A model generated the notes under the pieces. It ran no database searches. It was not told where the DNA came from and saw only the letters and a list, made by a program, of their open reading frames with translations. Shown one piece after another: positions 31,634 through 40,695 of a stretch of DNA of 64,000 nt. A program made the translations under genes and the position numbers. Within the stretch, counting starts at the first letter, position 1. Each line of letters opens with the position of its first letter. This stretch comes from Clostridiaceae bacterium (lineage in GTDB: Bacteria > Bacillota > Clostridia > DSM-8532). The stretch is from the NCBI GenBank assembly GCA_012521615.1, contig JAAYMA010000058.1, positions 7,809 through 71,808 of the forward strand, in the 5' to 3' direction.

Positions 31634-32567
31634 TGGTGCCACCTCCATAAACCTTAGGTTTGGTATATCTGTCTATCAAAGGTACTGCAACATTCATAAG
31701 GAGTATTGCATAAGACACACCCTCGGGCATATTGGTGTACAGCCTGAAAACAACTGTCAAAAGACCGCACCCAACAGCATAGATTATCTGGCCTTTTCTG
31801 GTCATAGGACTTGTTGTGTAATCGGTGGCCATGAATATGGCACCTATTAAAAGTCCACCGCTGAGAATATGATAGAGAGGATATAATATATCAAAACCAT
31901 CAGGATTTAAAACAAATGCCAGAATAAAAACAGTACCGCAAAATACAACTGGTATATGCCAGGAAATAACTTGGCGAATAAAAAGGTATGCACCTCCGAT
32001 AAGAAGCGCTATTGCCGATACTTCACCCAATGATCCGCCAATTTTGCCCAGGAGCATATCAAGAAGCCCGGGCATTTCCCCTCCATTTTTCAGAATTTCA
32101 AGAGGGGTGGCAGATGAAACTATATCACTTAAAGGCTCGCTCCATGATGTCATTCTGGAGCCGTAAGAAACAATAAGCATTGCCCGCGCCGCCAATGCAG
32201 GATTGACAAAATTCTGTCCGATTCCCCCGAAAAGCTGCTTAACCACAACAATTGCAAAAGATGCCCCTACTATGGCCATCCAGACCGGTAAAGTCGGGGG
32301 AAGGTTCAAAGCCAGAAGAAGACCTGTTACCACAGCGCTTAAATCCCCTATTGTATTGCTTCTCTTTAATATTTTCCGCATTATGTATTCGAAGAAAACA
32401 CTGGATATAACTGTTATTGCTATAAGAGCAGCCGCTCTCAGCCCAAAAAACCAGACAGCTGCCCCTGTTGCAGGGATAAGAGCTATAATTACATCCAGCA
32501 TTATTCCCCAGGTTGTGATATTACTTCTTATATGTGGGGAAGAACTCACTATTAACCGCTTCTCCAA
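31626..32567 (-). CDS. rnfD: Rnf complex subunit D
   Basis: 313 aa polytopic protein. RnfD/NqrB-like, including the SGGLLIGAIFMATDYTTSP region. Confidence 0.9.
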   Translation of the reverse strand: MEKRLIVSSSPHIRSNITTWGIMLDVIIALIPATGAAVWFFGLRAAALIAITVISSVFFEYIMRKILKRSNTIGDLSAVVTGLLLALNLPPTLPVWMAIVGASFAIVVVKQLFGGIGQNFVNPALAARAMLIVSYGSRMTSWSEPLSDIVSSATPLEILKNGGEMPGLLDMLLGKIGGSLGEVSAIALLIGGAYLFIRQVISWHIPVVFCGTVFILAFVLNPDGFDILYPLYHILSGGLLIGAIFMATDYTTSPMTRKGQIIYAVGCGLLTVVFRLYTNMPEGVSYAILLMNVAVPLIDRYTKPKVYGGGTNV

Positions 32568-32607
32568 AATAAATTCCTCCTTGCTATGTATGTAACTTCA
32601 AACATTC

Positions 32608-33915
32608 TTACTTATTCGCCATCCTTTTCAAAGCGTCTTTCCCTATTCTGATAGATTGTGTGATACGTCTCTTGGCAGGGCAAGTATATGAGCATGAACC
32701 GCATTCCATACAATCCAAAATGTGATTTTGCCCTGCCTCCTCATATAGCTTTGCCCTTACAAGCCGGTCAAGTTCGAATGGCAGAAGGTTCATTGGACAA
32801 GCTTTTACACAGCGTCCACACCTGATACACGAAGTCTCCTCGGGTAACCCGGCATGAACATCTGAAAAAGCCAATAACGCGTTAGTGTTTTTTATCACGG
32901 GAAGATCCATGGAATAAAATGCCACACCCATCATAGGTCCGCCCATAATAATTTTTCCGGGTTCGGTTGTGAATCCTCCGCAAAAATTAAATACTTCCTC
33001 AATAGGTGTACCAATCAATACTTCCACATTAGCCGGATTTTTTACTGAAGATCCGTCAACTGTGACGCGTTTTTTGATCAGTGGCATACCTGTTTTGAGA
33101 TAAGAGGCCAGAAATGATACTGATGTGACATTCATTACAATGCATCCTACATTCGCAGGCAGTTTGCCGGAAGGAACTTCTCTGCCGGTAAGTGTCCGAA
33201 TCAAAATCTTTTCTGCTCCCTGCGGGTATATTGTTTTAACACTTTGAACTGTGATTTCAGAGAAATCTTTTGAAGCTTTCTCAAGTTTCCTGATAGCCTC
33301 GGGTTTATTATCTTCAATCCCTATGATGGCCCTGGAAATTCCGGTCCATTTCAGAACAGCTCTGATGCCATCCACGATATTCTCCGTATTTTCTATACAT
33401 TCCCTGTAGTCGGAAGTAATATAAGGCTCACACTCGGCAGCATTTATAATTAAAGTATCTACATTTGTGTCTCCGGGCGGATTAAGTTTAACGTGAGCCG
33501 GGAACCCTGCTCCACCCAATCCTGTCAGACCTGATTCCCGTACAGCCTTTAAAAAATCATCCCTATTACTGATAACAGGAGGTTTTATATCTTCCTTAAC
33601 TTCCTGAAGACCATCAGGTTTGATTTCAATACAGGTTATCGGCCGGTTAAATGAAATTATTCTTGTATCTACCGAAGTCACTGTTCCTGATACGCTGGAG
33701 TGAACCGGAGCCGAAACATAACTCTCTGTATCCCCTATAACCTGTCCTACCTTAACGGTATCACCTTTTTTGACAAGTGGCTTACATGGCGCGCCTATAT
33801 GCTGAGCCATGGGAATAACCACTTTTTCAGGGATACCCATTTTTATGGTTTCACACTCTAAAGTATTTTTAGACTGTGGCGGGTGCACACCACCCCTGAA
33901 AGAACGGATTTTCAT
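32608..33915 (-). CDS. rnfC: Rnf complex subunit C (NADH-binding, 2x[4Fe-4S])
   Basis: 435 aa: MKIRSFRGGVHPP, GLGGAGFP, and two CxxCxxCxxxCP motifs. Confidence 0.9.
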   Translation of the reverse strand: MKIRSFRGGVHPPQSKNTLECETIKMGIPEKVVIPMAQHIGAPCKPLVKKGDTVKVGQVIGDTESYVSAPVHSSVSGTVTSVDTRIISFNRPITCIEIKPDGLQEVKEDIKPPVISNRDDFLKAVRESGLTGLGGAGFPAHVKLNPPGDTNVDTLIINAAECEPYITSDYRECIENTENIVDGIRAVLKWTGISRAIIGIEDNKPEAIRKLEKASKDFSEITVQSVKTIYPQGAEKILIRTLTGREVPSGKLPANVGCIVMNVTSVSFLASYLKTGMPLIKKRVTVDGSSVKNPANVEVLIGTPIEEVFNFCGGFTTEPGKIIMGGPMMGVAFYSMDLPVIKNTNALLAFSDVHAGLPEETSCIRCGRCVKACPMNLLPFELDRLVRAKLYEEAGQNHILDCMECGSCSYTCPAKRRITQSIRIGKDALKRMANK

Positions 33916-34277
33916 AATCTACCAACCCCATATATATCTTTAATCCAAAGAACTACCATCCTAATATTCTGATTCTGTAAAATGTCAATTTAATGTAACA
34001 TAGAAATGTCTTGAAAAGCACAAGCATATTCTGTAGTTGAGTTTATTTTTTTATCTTTATAATTGGCATATTTTCCTTGTAATGACCTGAAATTAATTGT
34101 TTTCAGCAGTAACTATGTATTAAGTATACATTTCTCATAAATTTATATCAACTTTGATGATAATGCTGAGTTAAATTTCTATGTTTCCCCTAAAATTTCT
34201 TATAATAGTTCAATAAAACTGCAAATTGTTTTTTATAGTCAGAACCATTATAATGTTAAGTGTTGTAAGCAAAAAAA

Positions 34278-34295
34278 TCGTTAATTTTTTAACTT
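34278..34295. promoter_or_regulatory. Rex-like operator candidate (TCGTTAATTTTTTAACTT)
   Basis: Perfect GTTAA-N4-TTAAC core at 34280-34293. Compare the clostridial Rex consensus TTGTTAANNNNTTAACAA. Confidence 0.3.
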
Positions 34296-34499
34296 GCAGT
34301 TTGAGTATTTTTTTTTTGGGTAAAATATATAATCTGACGTATTTTGTCGTATTTAAACAGATTGTAGATTAGATCAAATAATTATGTTTTATTGAAATAT
34401 AAAAGCATCATATATAACATCATAATATTTTATATAATATTTTTTTTAAATAATATTATTTATTGTTTTATTAATTTTCCTTGCCCTAATTTACAGGAT

Positions 34500-34517
34500 A
34501 AGTTAATATATTAACAA
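34500..34517. promoter_or_regulatory. Rex-like operator candidate (AAGTTAATATATTAACAA)
   Basis: Perfect 14-nt palindrome GTTAATATATTAAC. The right half TTAACAA matches the Rex consensus fully. Lies about 92 nt upstream of the oadA-like ATG. Confidence 0.35.
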
Positions 34518-34608
34518 GCGCCTTGAAATGATTAAAATAATTGTAAATATGAAATGTTTTTCACCATATAAGCCGACAATTAAAATAAGCGCAGAAAGGA
34601 GAGCGTAT

Positions 34609-35988
34609 ATGAAAAAAGTAAACATCACAGAAACCGTATTAAGAGACGCCAACCAATCCCTTATTGCCACAAGGCTCCCCTTCGAAGATTTCGAAGAAAT
34701 ACTGGAGACAATGGATAATGCGGGATATTATTCTCTTGAATGCTGGGGCGGAGCAACTTTTGATTCATGTCTGAGATATTTATCAGAGGATCCATGGGAA
34801 AGGCTCAGAAAAATAAGAGAAAAAGTCAAAAATACTAAATTGCAGATGCTTTTGCGTGGACAAAATCTTTTGGGTTACAAACATTACCCCGACGATGTAG
34901 TCAGAAAATTTGTCCAGCATTCTGTCAAGAATGGTATTGATATTATTAGAATATTCGATGCTCTCAATGACTTCAGAAACATAGAAGTAGCAGTCGAAGA
35001 AACCTTAAAATGCGGTGCGCATGCCCAGGGTGCCATCTGCTATACAATAAGCCCTATTCACAACCTTGAAAAATACGTGGAAATGGGTAAAACTTTAGAG
35101 AGCATGGGAGTAAACTCCATCTGTATCAAAGATATGGCAGGAATATTAGCTCCTCAGGAAGCTTATGATTTGATCAAAGCTCTGAAGGAAACTGTAAAAG
35201 TTCCTGTATTTCTGCATACCCACTCAACCACAGGTCTGGGGCCAATAACTTATATTAAAGCTGTAGAAGCAGGTTGTGACGGAATAGACACCTCTATTTC
35301 TGTTTTCTCTGGCGGCACAGCTCAGCCTGCAACCGAAACTCTTAATTATGCAATTAAAGAAATGGGTTATCAAACAGACCTTAAAGAGGACGTTTTAAAG
35401 AAAATCAATGATTTCTTCAGACCAATTAAAGAAAAGTTCATACAATCAGGTGGTCTTGACGCATATGTTTTGGGAACTGAAACAGATGCTTTAAATTATC
35501 AGATTCCCGGTGGTATGCTTTCAAATCTTATAGCTCAGCTTAAACAGCAGAATGCTATGGATAAGCTGGAAGAAGTGCTTCTGGAAACACCCAAGGTAAG
35601 AAAAGACCTGGGTTATCCACCCCTTGTAACACCCATGAGTCAAATGGTAGGTGTTCAGGCTACAATAAATGTTTTGACAGGCGAAAGATATAAAAATGTT
35701 ACCAAGGAAGTAAAAGCCTATCTTAAAGGTGAATATGGCAGAGCACCCGGCGAAATAGATTCAGAACTGATTAAGAAAGTTTTAGGCGATGAAGAACCTA
35801 TTACAGGAAGATTTGCCGACACCTTGGAGCCAATTTTTGAAAAAACCAAAGAAGAACTTGGTGACATGGCGAAATCTGATGAGGATGTTCTCTCATATAT
35901 AGCATTCCCGCAAATAGCTAAAAAATTCTTCAAAGAAAGAGAAGAAAAGAAAGCGAAAATTGTAAGCTATACCATTTCAAGAGTGTAA
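34609..35988 (+). CDS. oadA: Oxaloacetate decarboxylase alpha-type carboxyltransferase (5S/PycB-like), no fused biotin domain
   Basis: MKKVNITETVLRDANQS... is HMGL-like TIM-barrel carboxyltransferase sequence. The ATG at 34609 has an AAAGGAGAG SD. ORF track starts at 34528. Confidence 0.85.
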   Translation: MKKVNITETVLRDANQSLIATRLPFEDFEEILETMDNAGYYSLECWGGATFDSCLRYLSEDPWERLRKIREKVKNTKLQMLLRGQNLLGYKHYPDDVVRKFVQHSVKNGIDIIRIFDALNDFRNIEVAVEETLKCGAHAQGAICYTISPIHNLEKYVEMGKTLESMGVNSICIKDMAGILAPQEAYDLIKALKETVKVPVFLHTHSTTGLGPITYIKAVEAGCDGIDTSISVFSGGTAQPATETLNYAIKEMGYQTDLKEDVLKKINDFFRPIKEKFIQSGGLDAYVLGTETDALNYQIPGGMLSNLIAQLKQQNAMDKLEEVLLETPKVRKDLGYPPLVTPMSQMVGVQATINVLTGERYKNVTKEVKAYLKGEYGRAPGEIDSELIKKVLGDEEPITGRFADTLEPIFEKTKEELGDMAKSDEDVLSYIAFPQIAKKFFKEREEKKAKIVSYTISRV

Positions 35989-36001
35989 AGGATGGTGTTC
36001 T

Positions 36002-36319
36002 ATGTCATTTTATGAAAGTGTCATACTATCAGTATTTGGATTAGGGGTTGTATTTGTTGTTTTGATTTCATTAAGTGCAATTATAGGTATACAGTCCAGG
36101 ATACTTAATGCTTTTACCCGCAAAAAAGAAACTGACAATGAGGATACAGCACCTGTCCAAAGCGCTGATGAAAATAATGCACCTGATATTTCAGCAGGTG
36201 AATTGAGATTATATGATGTGGATGAAAAAACTGCAGCCATGATAATGGCAATAGTAAGTGATGAAACAAAAATACCTTTGTCAGAACTGAGATTTAAAAG
36301 CATAAAAGCATTAGATTAA
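36002..36319 (+). CDS. Decarboxylase gamma-chain (OadG family) membrane anchor
   Basis: 105 aa. The N-terminal TM (VILSVFGLGVVFVVLISL) is typical of OadG. Its position between the alpha and biotin-carrier genes fits. Confidence 0.7.
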   Translation: MSFYESVILSVFGLGVVFVVLISLSAIIGIQSRILNAFTRKKETDNEDTAPVQSADENNAPDISAGELRLYDVDEKTAAMIMAIVSDETKIPLSELRFKSIKALD

Positions 36320-36345
36320 AAATCTGTTGCATGGAGGATGTTAGT

Positions 36346-36762
36346 ATGAAATACATTGTGACTATTAATGGAAAAAACTATGAAGTTGAAGTTGAAAGAG
36401 GTAAAGCAACAATTATAAGTACATCACAAGCTCCTGCTGTTCAAGCACAGCCTGTTACCACACCTGCACCCGCAGCACCAGCATCTGCTCCTCAAAATGC
36501 ACCTGCTGCTCCGGCTCCTCAAAACACACCTTCACCTGGCAATGTTTCAGGCGAAGCCATTAAAGCACCCATGCCCGGAACAATTTTAAGAATAAGAGTA
36601 TCAAAAGGCACAGCCGTAAAGAAGGGTGATATTCTCTTAGTTCTTGAAGCCATGAAAATGGAAAATGAAATCATGGCACCTCGTGATGGTGTAGTCTCTG
36701 GTGTTTTTGTTTCTGAAGGAGCTACAGTTTCTACAGGAGATACACTTATAGCATTAGATTAG
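36346..36762 (+). CDS. Biotin carboxyl carrier protein (free-standing)
   Basis: Ala/Pro-rich linker then a biotinyl domain with the EAMKMENEI motif. The ATG at 36346 follows GGAGG. ORF track gives 36331..36762. Confidence 0.85.
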   Translation: MKYIVTINGKNYEVEVERGKATIISTSQAPAVQAQPVTTPAPAAPASAPQNAPAAPAPQNTPSPGNVSGEAIKAPMPGTILRIRVSKGTAVKKGDILLVLEAMKMENEIMAPRDGVVSGVFVSEGATVSTGDTLIALD

Positions 36763-36777
36763 GGGGTATAAATACTC

Positions 36778-37926
36778 ATGACGTACTCATTAACCGATAT
36801 AATTGTTAAGATATGGGAAATGTCCGGTTTTGCCACTATAACATGGCAGCAACTGGTAATGATAATTATATCCTGCGTTTTATTCTATCTTGCCATTGTC
36901 AAGGAATTCGAACCACTTCTGCTTTTGCCAATTGCTTTTGGAATGCTTCTGGCTAACTTCCCTATGACAGATTTACTAGCAGGTCCATCAGGCGATCAGG
37001 CCGGCGGTCTTCTTTACTATCTCTATCAGGGAATAGAGTTGGGTATATATCCTCCTCTCATATTCCTGGGTGTCGGTGCTATGACCGACTTCGGTCCCCT
37101 TATTGCAAGACCTTCAAGTTTATTTTTAGGGGCTGCAGCTCAGATGGGTATATATGCAGCTTTTATGCTCGCGATTGCCTTAGGTTTCAATCCCGGCGAG
37201 GCAGCTGCTATAGGTATTATTGGTGGCGCAGACGGTCCTACTGCTATTTGGCTTACTTCCAAACTGGCCCAAGACTTATTGCCTGCTATAGCAATAGCAG
37301 CATATTCCTATATGGCACTTATCCCCATGATACAGCCACCCATTATGAGACTTTTAACTACAAAGAAGGAAAGAGAAATAAAAATGGAACAGTTAAGGGA
37401 AGTTTCCAAACTTGAGAAGATTGCATTCCCTATAATTGTTACCATTCTTTGCATTCTTCTTCTTCCCTCAGTTGCACCTCTGATTGGTATGCTCATGCTG
37501 GGTAATCTCTTCAGAGAAGCCGGCGTTGTTGACAGACTTTCTAAGACTGCACAGAATGAACTGATTAATATTGTCACCATATTCATAGGACTTACAGTTG
37601 GATCCAAGGCCGTTGGTGAAAACTTTTTGAAGCCTGAAACCTTAATGATTATAGGTCTTGGTCTGCTTGCCTTTATGTTCAGTACTGTAGGTGGAGTTCT
37701 TCTTGGCAAGCTCATGTGCTGGCTGTCAGGAGGTAAGATTAATCCTCTTATCGGTTCTGCAGGTGTTTCTGCAGTTCCTATGGCCGCAAGGGTTTCCCAG
37801 GTTGAAGGTCAAAAAGCCAATCCCGGTAACTTCCTTCTCATGCATGCAATGGGCCCCAATGTGGCTGGTGTTATTGGCTCTGCCGTTGCAGCAGGTATAT
37901 TCTACGCCCTGTTCGGCGGCAATTAA
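36778..37926 (+). CDS. oadB: Na+-translocating decarboxylase beta subunit
   Basis: 382 aa polytopic OadB/GcdB/MmdB-like protein ([20 protein letters not shown]). Confidence 0.85.
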   Translation: MTYSLTDIIVKIWEMSGFATITWQQLVMIIISCVLFYLAIVKEFEPLLLLPIAFGMLLANFPMTDLLAGPSGDQAGGLLYYLYQGIELGIYPPLIFLGVGAMTDFGPLIARPSSLFLGAAAQMGIYAAFMLAIALGFNPGEAAAIGIIGGADGPTAIWLTSKLAQDLLPAIAIAAYSYMALIPMIQPPIMRLLTTKKEREIKMEQLREVSKLEKIAFPIIVTILCILLLPSVAPLIGMLMLGNLFREAGVVDRLSKTAQNELINIVTIFIGLTVGSKAVGENFLKPETLMIIGLGLLAFMFSTVGGVLLGKLMCWLSGGKINPLIGSAGVSAVPMAARVSQVEGQKANPGNFLLMHAMGPNVAGVIGSAVAAGIFYALFGGN

Positions 37927-37994
37927 CAAATCCTGCAGAGTTGCAGAGAATTTCCGATGACAACATAAAAGTGTTATATTTACATTGAAAAAAG

Positions 37995-38030
37995 AAGAAG
38001 GGACGGTTAACATGTCCCTTCTTTTTTATG
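37995..38030 (+). terminator. Intrinsic terminator of the decarboxylase operon
   Basis: AAGAAGGGAC, a 9-nt loop, GTCCCTTCTT, then TTTTATG. Confidence 0.85.
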
Positions 38031-38158
38031 TCTTAATCATATTGGTTCTCTTTAAGAAATTCTAATACACTTCTCATATTGGTATAACCGATCTTTTATG
38101 AAATGAAGATTTCTAATGCCATATAATATAAATAGAGCATATTATGGGAGGTTTAGTA

Positions 38159-38368
38159 ATGTTAAACAGATTAATTGCTATTAAAGATGCTGTAATCAAT
38201 AAATTCGGAGCATTATTGGGTTATACCTTCCTTATAATTGGAGGGCTTATTACAATATCCTTGGCAGGTTTCTTTATAAGAATGCTGTTTAAAGTCTTTC
38301 TGACTCTTCTGATCCTGGCGCTCATAGTTTTCGGTATCTATAAAGTATATGAATGGTACAAATCCTGA
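38159..38368 (+). CDS. Small hypothetical membrane protein (2 TM)
   Basis: The ATG at 38159 has GGAGG 7 nt upstream. Two long hydrophobic stretches. No recognisable family. Confidence 0.5.
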   Translation: MLNRLIAIKDAVINKFGALLGYTFLIIGGLITISLAGFFIRMLFKVFLTLLILALIVFGIYKVYEWYKS

Positions 38369-38399
38369 TTCTTTCACATATTTTTATGTGAAAGAATCA
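38366..38399. terminator. Perfect 14-bp inverted repeat shared by two convergent genes (possible bidirectional terminator, no U-tract)
   Basis: TGATTCTTTCACAT / ATGTGAAAGAATCA with loop ATTTTT. The outer 3 bp are the two stop codons (TGA at 38366-38368 and minus-strand TGA at 38397-38399). Confidence 0.4.
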
Positions 38400-40502
38400 T
38401 ATAAGACCAAACATCAGATCTGTATATGTGGGTATGGGCCAGAAGCTGGCATCAACTGAACATTCCAGTCTGTCCGCATAAGACCTTAATTCCTCCATCA
38501 AAGGCACAATAGCATCCTTGCAGAATATGGCCCGTGCCAATATTTCACTGTTATTTTCATCAAGCTGCTGAATTTTATGACTTAGCTCATCAGTTTTATT
38601 TCTGAGACTCTTTGTGAGCATAACAAGTTTGTCAAGATCACCTTTTACACCGGAAGAATCAACATTGGCGACATTTAATGAGTTTACTGTATCAGCAACT
38701 TCCTTCATGTACCTTATTGAAGCAGGCAAAATCTGCCTGTTTATCATTTCTACCATTGTCGAAGCTTCTATTCTTATGGTCTTGACATAATTTTCAAGCT
38801 GTATTTCATATCTTGAATGGATCTCTGCAGAATTCAGGATGCCATGTTTTTCAAACAATTTAATATTTTTTTCATCTATTAATGCCTGTATAGCATCCAC
38901 CGTGGTCTTAAGATTCTTAAGACCCCTTCTTTCTGCTTCTTCAACCCATTCTTCCGAGTAGTTATTGCCATTGAAAATAATTCTCTTATGTTTTTTTATA
39001 AGCTCTTTAAAAAGCTTATTCACTTCTGCCGTAAAGTCGGAAGCTTTTTCAAGCCTGTCGGCTATCTGGCAGAGTGCTTCGGCAACTATGGTATTTATAA
39101 TAAAATTAGGGGTCGCAATGGACTGTGACGAACCCACAGAACGAAATTCAAATTTGTTGCCTGTAAAAGCAAAGGGAGATGTTCTGTTTCTGTCTGTTAA
39201 ATCCTTTCTTAATACAGGAAGTGTCGAAACTCCTATTCCCAGCTCCCTGCTGCATCCGTTGTTTCTGGCGACTCCAGTCTCAATTTGTTCGATAATATCT
39301 GCGAGCTCATCGCCGATAAAAACTGAAATAATTGCAGGAGGCGCTTCATGACCTCCTAATCTGTGGTCGTTCCCTGCGCTTGCCACAGAAAAGCGTAAAA
39401 GATCTGCATACTCATCCACAGCTTTTATGACTGCCATGAAAAATATTAGAAACTGAGCGTTGTTCTCAGGTGTTTTCCCGGGTTTTAAAAGGTTTCTGCC
39501 ATCATCGGTCCGTAGCGACCAGTTATTATGTTTTCCTGAACCATTGACCCCTGCAAAAGGTTTTTCGTGAAGTATGCAGGCAAGACCCATTTTATCAGCT
39601 ACTTTTTTCATGATTTCCATTGTAAGCTGGTTATGGTCAGTTGCGATATTGGCAGTCTCAAACACTGGCGCAAGTTCGTGCTGGGCTGGTGCCACCTCAT
39701 TGTGTTCTGTCTTTGCGGGAATGCCCAGCCTCCACAGTTCCTTGTCAAGCTCGCGCATGAATTTTGCTACTCTTGTTTTTAGATTGCCATAATAATGATC
39801 CTCAAGCTCCTGTCCCTTTGGAGGCCTTGAACCAAAAAGGGTTCTGCCGGTGTAAATCAGATCTTTTCTTTGCATATAGTACTTTTTATCAATCAAAAAA
39901 TACTCCTGTTCTGCTCCGACAGTAGGTATGACTCTTTTTGTGGCAGTATCCCCAAACAGTCTTAATATTCTTAAAGCCTGCCTGTTAATGGCATCCATTG
40001 ACCTTAGAAGCGGTGTCTTAAGGTCCAAAGCCTCTCCCGTGTATGAACAAAAAGCAGTAGGTATGTATAAAGTCCTGTCCTTAACAAAAGCGGGTGATGT
40101 ACAATCCCAGGCAGTATATCCCCTTGCCTCAAAAGTAGCCCTCAGACCACCTGATGGGAAAGCAGAGGCATCCTGCTCGCCCTTTATAAGCTGTTTGCTT
40201 GAAAATTCGGTAATTGCTCTGCCATCCTCTGTAGTAAATAAAAAGGAATCATGTTTTTCAGCAGTAATGCCTGTCATTGGCTGAAACCAATGGCTGTAAT
40301 GGGTCGCACCTTTTTCTATAGCCCAATCTTTCATGACACACGCTACAACCTCTGCAACCTCCTGCTCCAACGGAAGCCCTTCCTGAATGGTTTTCTTCAG
40401 TTTCTTATAAATGGGATTGGGCAAACGTTCACGCATTACTGCATCATTGAACACATCGGCTCCAAATATCTCGAAACCTATATCATTTGAAGAATTTTTC
40501 AT
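38397..40502 (-). CDS. Glutamine synthetase, type III
   Basis: About 700 aa with GSIII-like N-terminal and catalytic regions ([16 protein letters not shown]). The ATG at 40502 has AAAGGAG 8 nt upstream. ORF track starts at GTG 40532. Confidence 0.85.
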   Translation of the reverse strand: MKNSSNDIGFEIFGADVFNDAVMRERLPNPIYKKLKKTIQEGLPLEQEVAEVVACVMKDWAIEKGATHYSHWFQPMTGITAEKHDSFLFTTEDGRAITEFSSKQLIKGEQDASAFPSGGLRATFEARGYTAWDCTSPAFVKDRTLYIPTAFCSYTGEALDLKTPLLRSMDAINRQALRILRLFGDTATKRVIPTVGAEQEYFLIDKKYYMQRKDLIYTGRTLFGSRPPKGQELEDHYYGNLKTRVAKFMRELDKELWRLGIPAKTEHNEVAPAQHELAPVFETANIATDHNQLTMEIMKKVADKMGLACILHEKPFAGVNGSGKHNNWSLRTDDGRNLLKPGKTPENNAQFLIFFMAVIKAVDEYADLLRFSVASAGNDHRLGGHEAPPAIISVFIGDELADIIEQIETGVARNNGCSRELGIGVSTLPVLRKDLTDRNRTSPFAFTGNKFEFRSVGSSQSIATPNFIINTIVAEALCQIADRLEKASDFTAEVNKLFKELIKKHKRIIFNGNNYSEEWVEEAERRGLKNLKTTVDAIQALIDEKNIKLFEKHGILNSAEIHSRYEIQLENYVKTIRIEASTMVEMINRQILPASIRYMKEVADTVNSLNVANVDSSGVKGDLDKLVMLTKSLRNKTDELSHKIQQLDENNSEILARAIFCKDAIVPLMEELRSYADRLECSVDASFWPIPTYTDLMFGLI

Positions 40503-40552
40503 AACATGATCTCCTTTCGTAAAAGCACCCACTTAAGAAAACAAATATATAT

Positions 40553-40590
40553 ATCAAAAGGGCGCTCCAATATGGTGGTAAAACGCCCTT
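40553..40590 (-). terminator. Hairpin downstream of gatB (weak terminator candidate)
   Basis: Minus sense: AAGGGCG, a 19-nt loop, CGCCCTT, then TTTGATATATATATTTG. Confidence 0.4.
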
Positions 40591-40695
40591 ACATTCTGAC
40601 AAATTCTTTCTGTAAATCACATTAATTATAACAATAGCCTTTAGCACCGTCAATCAGCAATATACTAAAAGTTTTGAGATATACATGGCTTTTAA

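Noticed and set aside
34528-34608. 27-codon N-terminal extension of the oadA-like ORF (MIKIIVNMKCFSPYKPTIKISAERRAY)
   Set aside because: The ATG at 34609 is preceded by AAAGGAGAG at proper spacing and begins the conserved carboxyltransferase sequence. The extension lies in the AT-rich promoter region.
33916-34608. Whether the 693-nt AT-rich gap hides a gene, repeat array or mobile-element remnant
   Set aside because: Reading both strands, I found no ORF with an SD, no direct repeats longer than about 8 nt and no terminal inverted repeats. Only the two Rex-like palindromes (reported separately) and promoter-like hexamers stand out.
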